Below are positions 34,176 through 39,339 of a DNA stretch of 39,339 bases, piece after piece. The DNA lies in the IMG/VR virus record IMGVR_UViG_3300048837_000792, positions 1-39,339 of that record; one strand, written 5' to 3'. The notes under the pieces were generated by a model. It searched no databases. It saw nothing but the letters and a program-made list of their open reading frames with translations, and was not told the DNA's origin. The position numbers and the translations under genes are program-made. The number at the start of each line of letters is the position of its first letter. Position 1 is the first letter of the stretch. The DNA comes from a virus (lineage: Duplodnaviria > Caudoviricetes).

Positions 34176-34329
34176 CAAACAATTGATATAAGTCATAGAC
34201 TAACAACATAAGGAAAAATATTATGGCATGGAACAACTTATTATAATTACATTACAAATATTAAGCGGTTACACTAAAATTGAACTAGAAACTTAGATCA
34301 AGTTAAGCCGAGAAAAATCAAGGAGAAAC

Positions 34330-35358
34330 ATGGCGTATCCAAAACCAATTCCAACCAGCCTCCCTCAAGCAAGAGGGCTGTCAAGTTATTTGCAAATGTC
34401 GAGTGCAACCGATCCAAGAGCTGCCAACTATAGACCACCGGTTTATGGTCCTTCAAATCAGCTCAACGCCTATGGTGCGCCAATAGCTCGAGGCACTGTT
34501 CTTGGAGAAACTAGAGTTGCTCCAACCGACACTTACACTGGTCAATTTTTACAGCCTACTCCTGGCCCAGCCCCAACTGCAAACAACAATAATGACAACG
34601 AATCAAGAGTGAACCCAATGGATGCTTTGCTTAGAAACTGGCAGAACATGACTGGCAAGTTAAGAGGCGCTAGAGACGAAGGCATGAACTACTACAGAGA
34701 TGCAGAAGCAGCTCTCGGTAGAAAGCGCGGAGAAATTACTCAGGCTTACGATGACACCAGACAAGATATTTTTAACACTTCAGAATCAGGCAGAGGACAG
34801 CTTCAGGAAACAGCCGAAGGATCTGGAGCCCAACTAACCAACAGACTTCTTTCACAAGGAGTTGCTGGATCAGCGCTTGATTACTGGAAAAACAAACAAG
34901 AAGCTTCCAAAATGGGACAACTTGGTGATCTCTTAAAACGAAAAGAATCAAGCGACAGAGGTAATCTTGCCAATAAGCAAAGCCAAGACAACTGGGCTCT
35001 CGGACAAGAAGAAGCCATTGGCAGGGGTCGTGAAGGGCTACAAAGAACTTATCAAGAAGGACTCAATACCGCTGTTGATGCTCAACAGGGTACTTTGGAA
35101 AACCTTTACAGTCAGGCGATTGCACAAAGAGCCGCTTTGGAGTCAGCAATTGGAGGCATAAACTCTCAGAGCATTAATCGGTTCGCACCAGTTGGACTAG
35201 GCGGATCTGATATTGCAGGATTAGTTTCAGGTCTTGGCAGTATGCTCGGACAAGCTCCTCAAGTTGTAACTGGCGGCGGTCAGCAGTCAATCAATCCTCA
35301 GCTAGAGGGAATGTCTCTACTAGATCAAGAGGCAAGGCGCAGAGCATTATTAAGGTAG
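34330..35358 (+). CDS. internal virion / ejection protein
   Basis: Gln/Gly/Ala-rich helical protein after the tail genes; AAGGAG RBS. Confidence 0.6.
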   Translation: MAYPKPIPTSLPQARGLSSYLQMSSATDPRAANYRPPVYGPSNQLNAYGAPIARGTVLGETRVAPTDTYTGQFLQPTPGPAPTANNNNDNESRVNPMDALLRNWQNMTGKLRGARDEGMNYYRDAEAALGRKRGEITQAYDDTRQDIFNTSESGRGQLQETAEGSGAQLTNRLLSQGVAGSALDYWKNKQEASKMGQLGDLLKRKESSDRGNLANKQSQDNWALGQEEAIGRGREGLQRTYQEGLNTAVDAQQGTLENLYSQAIAQRAALESAIGGINSQSINRFAPVGLGGSDIAGLVSGLGSMLGQAPQVVTGGGQQSINPQLEGMSLLDQEARRRALLR

Positions 35359-35378
35359 TGTTCTGCTAAAAGGACACT

Positions 35379-38300
35379 ATGAACCTCTTAGACAGAGTAA
35401 AAAATAAGCTCCTAGGAATACCACAACAGGTAGGAAACTTTATTGACCAGGATAAAAGCATGGGCGGTGTTCAGTTGGCTCAGGGCGGTCTTGGCAATCA
35501 AGTTGGCAACTTTTTTAATCAAGCTAGACAAGCCGCTCCCATAGCTCCACAAAACTATCAAAACTCTCCATTACAAAGAAATATCCAAAGAGTTTCTAGT
35601 GGTTTAGACAGCGTGAATCAGTCGTTTGTTGGCTCTCCAGCAAGACTTTTGTTTGGTGATGGCGCTACCAATACTGGGGCTCCAGAAACACAAGATCCTG
35701 GACTTATTAGAGACATATTTGCTCGCCCAGCAGCCCAAATTCCCCTTACTATTTCAGACATATTGGGCGGTCCAAAACAAATGGACACCGCTGGTCCTTT
35801 AGAACCAGTTTTTGGAAGTAAGCCACTAAAGTCTTACCAGGAACAAGCAAGAACGGGTGGTCAAGATTTCTTGACTCAAGACCTGGGCATGAATCCACAA
35901 ACGGCAGAGAAGATGATTCCCCTCATGGCTATAGCTGGCGTTGTTGGAGACATTACTCCGCCAGGTATAGACGATGTGCTTAAAAAGGGTGGCAAAAAAG
36001 TTCTTCCAAAAGCAGTTAAGGCTGTTTCAAAAGTAGATGAAATACTTCAGCCAAAGGTCGTTGAAAATTATCTTAGACCCGCTGGTAGGTCAGCCATAGA
36101 TTTTGTTAGTGGTGCAGACGGGGTTGTCAGCAGGGTCAAACAAATGACTAAAAGAGCAACCAATGATTTCTTTTCAAAGATGCCAGTTGAAAAAGTTGAC
36201 GGTGGTTTTGGAGGATTACTAGAAGCACCAAAAACAGCCGAAACACTATCTCTGCCGCAACCAAAGCAGGTCATAACTAAGCTGGCTGATCTTAGAAAAC
36301 TCATTAAAAGAGGAGACAACCTAGAAGGAGTTACCTTTAGACCAAAAAATGCAGACCAAGCCAGAGAAGCGCTCGGCTTAGGACTCAAGGGAAACCAGAT
36401 AGATGTTTCAACCACTCTAAAACAGGGTGATGAGATGTTTGATGCTGGCGGAGAAATATTGACAGAGCTTCCTGATAACCAAGGAGCCTTTGACTTTGCT
36501 AGACAAGCTGGCGAGGAAACTCTGAACACTGGCAACAGAGTTACTAGAAAACTTAGGTCAATGTTCCTCGACACCGAAGACAATCTTAAAAAAACCTTTG
36601 GCGGTGCATACGAAGCCTTGGCACCAGTCATGGAAACTTACAAGACTCGTATTGACGATGGCGTTCGCTGGGCACAGGGGTATGAAAATAAGCTCGTTGA
36701 ACTCACCAATGCTGTTAAACCAGGAAGCAAAGACGATAAACTGCTCAGGCTATTTGCTCAGGGCGACAAGGGCGTACAAAAGGTTGTTGCTGCCGTTGGT
36801 CCAGAGAGAGCCGCACAACTAGAGAACACTTACTTGTATCTCAGGTCAATGTATGACGAGATGTATGGATTTATCAATTCTCAAAGAGAAGCTGCTGGAT
36901 TAAAGAAACTTCCATACAAAGACGACTTTTTATCTCAGGTTGGCGGTTCAAAGGGAAGTATGTTCGATGCTTCAATCGAGGGTTCTCCCAGGATTGCCAA
37001 TGAAAGGTCATCAGCTATTTTTAGGAAACAGGATGGTAGGGCAACCACTGGCGCTATCGAAAGCATGAGAGACTATCTGGAATACGCACAACGAGCTGGC
37101 TTCACCGATCTTTCTGGCAAAGAGTTTAGAGACTATGCTGAATACTTGGGAAAGCAAAAAGGCATGGACAGAAGTGCCGTTGATCAGCTCTACAGAGTCT
37201 CACAGAATATTCTGGGCGACAAAGAAATAAACCCAGCATTGAAAACCATTGAAGATTTGACGGGTAAGATGGCTGGCGCTAAAGTTGTTGGTAAAGCCTC
37301 AACAATAGTTTCTCAGGCTCTTTCGCTTCCACAGGCTATTGGGAGAGATCCAATCGCTTTTGTTGGCGGCAATATTAAAGGAATATCAAACACTTATAAA
37401 AACCTTAGAAACCAATCAAGAGTTCTACAAACTTTTTCAAAAAGCACCCCAAGGGCGCTCAGGACTGGAAACGCTTGGACAAAAGCTGTCGGGCTTGGAG
37501 GAGATGTTCTTGTTAAGGGACAGGATATAGCAAACAAGTTGATTTTCAATGGATTTGTAGACAGAGCTAAAAGCATGGGGCTAGATGATGCCAACGCTGT
37601 TAAGTGGGCTGACGAGCAACTGGTTAAAATGGTTGGCGACAGAAGACTTGGTATGGCTCCAGAAGCCTACAACACTTTTATTGGTAAGATCTTTGGTCGC
37701 TTCACTTTAGAGCCTACCGCAGCCACAACTAGGCTCATTAAAGATGTGGGAGAGAAGAAGTTTGGAGCAGTCCTTGGAACTCTGGTTGCCTGGCATATTG
37801 GAAATAAAGTCAATGCAAAATACGGCTCAGGCTTTGAACCATTCCCAGATCCTTACGAAGCTATCAAAGACTCTGTGGAATACTGGGATGGATCTGACAC
37901 CAAAGAGCAAAACAGGCTCAAGGCTGTTGCCAGACTTGTTTCTGAGGGACTACAAACAATGCCAATGATAAACAATATGTTTAATACGGCGTATTCTGTT
38001 GCCGAACTTGCTGGCGCTACAGACTCAGAGGATGTGTTTGGGCAAGACGACTCAACCTGGATGAATGTTGGCAGTCTTTACAACCCTGCTAGTAAATGGG
38101 ACAGGGAAATTACTGGTGCTCCCATTGTCGATGTTCCTTGGAATATTGCTTCAAATGTTCTGCCATTCTTCGAGCAGGGAGCTCGAACTACTCAGGCTGC
38201 TATGACTCAGGGACGAGGGTATGCTCAAACAAAGGATGGCTCTCCAATGTATGAAGCTCCAGAGGGATTAGATGCTGCTCGCTCTCTAGCATTTGGTCAA

Positions 38301-39278
38301 AGCTCTACACAAAACGCCAGAGACTTTTTTGATAATGACTTTACTGGCTGGCTATCTGATAGTCAAAAGAAAGTGTTTGACAGAATAACCAATCAAGATA
38401 AGAAGATTGATTTCCTTCAAAAAGCTCAAGCAAGTCAGGAAAATAAGAATCGATCAAAGTCCAACCTAGACTCTGTTCTTGGTAGTAAAAACAAAGATGG
38501 TGTCAGGGAGAAGGATTCTTTCTGGGACAACTTGCTTGGATCTAAATCCTCACAGTCATCTACTCAACCCACCGAGGGTGTTTTAACCAAGCCAACAACC
38601 GCTCAAGAGAGATTAGATAACGAAAACTATGTAAAAGAGATGTTCGCTGCTGGACAACCAGTTGCAGACTCAGACCTTAAACTAGCGCTGTTTAACGATT
38701 ACACGGCTAAAACAGACTCTATTAAACAGCGCAAAGAAGTTTACCAAAAACTGACTACTGCTATGGATGACGAGTTCTACTCGGATGAGCAGAAACAGGC
38801 GGTTCTGAAAGCGTCGGGCGCCACCAAAGAGCAGTATGACTTCTATCGACTGGCTGATATGACTCAAACCGAGCGCCTACAAGAAATGCTTCCCTCACTT
38901 GGAGACCTATCCGAGCCAGAGAACTTCGAGAAACTAGCTCTCTACAGGGCTTCCTTAGGAGGCAAACAAGTCATGGGCAACGATATGGTCAACTACCTTT
39001 ATGAGAGTGACTATATTAGCAAAGACCAAAAAGAACTGCTAACCGCCCTTCAATACGATGAAATCACCAACAAGTTCTACTATAAAAAGGGTAGCAAGTA
39101 TGGCTCGGAAGGCTCGGGAGGGTCTGACGACGGGTCTAAGATTACCTACGATCAGGCGGTAAAATTATTTAGTCCACCAAAGCTTTCTAAAATGAACAGC
39201 GGATCTGCTTTCAAGAGTGTGGCAGCAATGAGAGACCCAGGACTAATAAGTAATATTCTGGGCAAGAAAGTGAGATGA
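35379..39278 (+). CDS. large internal virion / DNA ejection protein
   Basis: 1299 aa helical protein in the position typical of the largest podovirus ejectosome protein; AAAGGA RBS. Confidence 0.65.
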   Translation: MNLLDRVKNKLLGIPQQVGNFIDQDKSMGGVQLAQGGLGNQVGNFFNQARQAAPIAPQNYQNSPLQRNIQRVSSGLDSVNQSFVGSPARLLFGDGATNTGAPETQDPGLIRDIFARPAAQIPLTISDILGGPKQMDTAGPLEPVFGSKPLKSYQEQARTGGQDFLTQDLGMNPQTAEKMIPLMAIAGVVGDITPPGIDDVLKKGGKKVLPKAVKAVSKVDEILQPKVVENYLRPAGRSAIDFVSGADGVVSRVKQMTKRATNDFFSKMPVEKVDGGFGGLLEAPKTAETLSLPQPKQVITKLADLRKLIKRGDNLEGVTFRPKNADQAREALGLGLKGNQIDVSTTLKQGDEMFDAGGEILTELPDNQGAFDFARQAGEETLNTGNRVTRKLRSMFLDTEDNLKKTFGGAYEALAPVMETYKTRIDDGVRWAQGYENKLVELTNAVKPGSKDDKLLRLFAQGDKGVQKVVAAVGPERAAQLENTYLYLRSMYDEMYGFINSQREAAGLKKLPYKDDFLSQVGGSKGSMFDASIEGSPRIANERSSAIFRKQDGRATTGAIESMRDYLEYAQRAGFTDLSGKEFRDYAEYLGKQKGMDRSAVDQLYRVSQNILGDKEINPALKTIEDLTGKMAGAKVVGKASTIVSQALSLPQAIGRDPIAFVGGNIKGISNTYKNLRNQSRVLQTFSKSTPRALRTGNAWTKAVGLGGDVLVKGQDIANKLIFNGFVDRAKSMGLDDANAVKWADEQLVKMVGDRRLGMAPEAYNTFIGKIFGRFTLEPTAATTRLIKDVGEKKFGAVLGTLVAWHIGNKVNAKYGSGFEPFPDPYEAIKDSVEYWDGSDTKEQNRLKAVARLVSEGLQTMPMINNMFNTAYSVAELAGATDSEDVFGQDDSTWMNVGSLYNPASKWDREITGAPIVDVPWNIASNVLPFFEQGARTTQAAMTQGRGYAQTKDGSPMYEAPEGLDAARSLAFGQSSTQNARDFFDNDFTGWLSDSQKKVFDRITNQDKKIDFLQKAQASQENKNRSKSNLDSVLGSKNKDGVREKDSFWDNLLGSKSSQSSTQPTEGVLTKPTTAQERLDNENYVKEMFAAGQPVADSDLKLALFNDYTAKTDSIKQRKEVYQKLTTAMDDEFYSDEQKQAVLKASGATKEQYDFYRLADMTQTERLQEMLPSLGDLSEPENFEKLALYRASLGGKQVMGNDMVNYLYESDYISKDQKELLTALQYDEITNKFYYKKGSKYGSEGSGGSDDGSKITYDQAVKLFSPPKLSKMNSGSAFKSVAAMRDPGLISNILGKKVR

Positions 39279-39339
39279 CAGGGGCTCTAGTTTTAACATG
39301 AACAGTATGAATATTATTATCGCTATTGCTATCTTCTTT

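Noticed and set aside
39298-39339. Hydrophobic ORF start MNSMNIIIAIAIFF (possible holin)
   Set aside because: Truncated by the window end after 14 codons; cannot be supported.
1-39339. Stop-codon reassignment, introns or inteins in core genes
   Set aside because: Core genes are full-length and densely packed in the standard code, and TerL, helicase, RecA and capsid show no interruptions.

Overview
This window is most of the genome of a tailed dsDNA phage with podovirus-like (P22/T7-type) virion genes, read in the standard code with sigma70-like promoters. From about 1 to 16 kb, mostly on the minus strand, are small early genes, a DUF6745-type pair, NinG, a putative SSB, a DnaB/T7 gp4-like helicase, an HTH replication initiator with internal iterons, RecA, an SF2 helicase, a PD-(D/E)XK exonuclease and a displaced terminase small subunit. 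A glycosyltransferase cluster and an SLT-like muramidase lie at 16.9-20.5 kb. Portal, a sigma-region-4-like protein, another GT2 and TerL are on the minus strand. Scaffold, capsid, adaptor, nozzle, fibres and ejection proteins run divergently on the plus strand. No integrase, DNA polymerase, reverse transcriptase or CRISPR array is visible. Five signals are the most unusual: (1) a leader RNA upstream of the initiator with three mutually crossing helices ending in a terminator-like U-tract; (2) a tRNA-like RNA with an expanded anticodon arm enclosed by a 20-bp stem; (3) five glycosyltransferases plus a mucin-like Ser/Pro tract of at least 296 aa, a possible virion glycosylation system; (4) a chain of MKTL-stop minigenes in front of a Phd/YefM-like gene; (5) an ATTACA-N18-TAnAAT late-promoter motif alongside a stand-alone sigma-4 HTH protein. 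All protein calls come from motifs recognised by eye; no database search was run.
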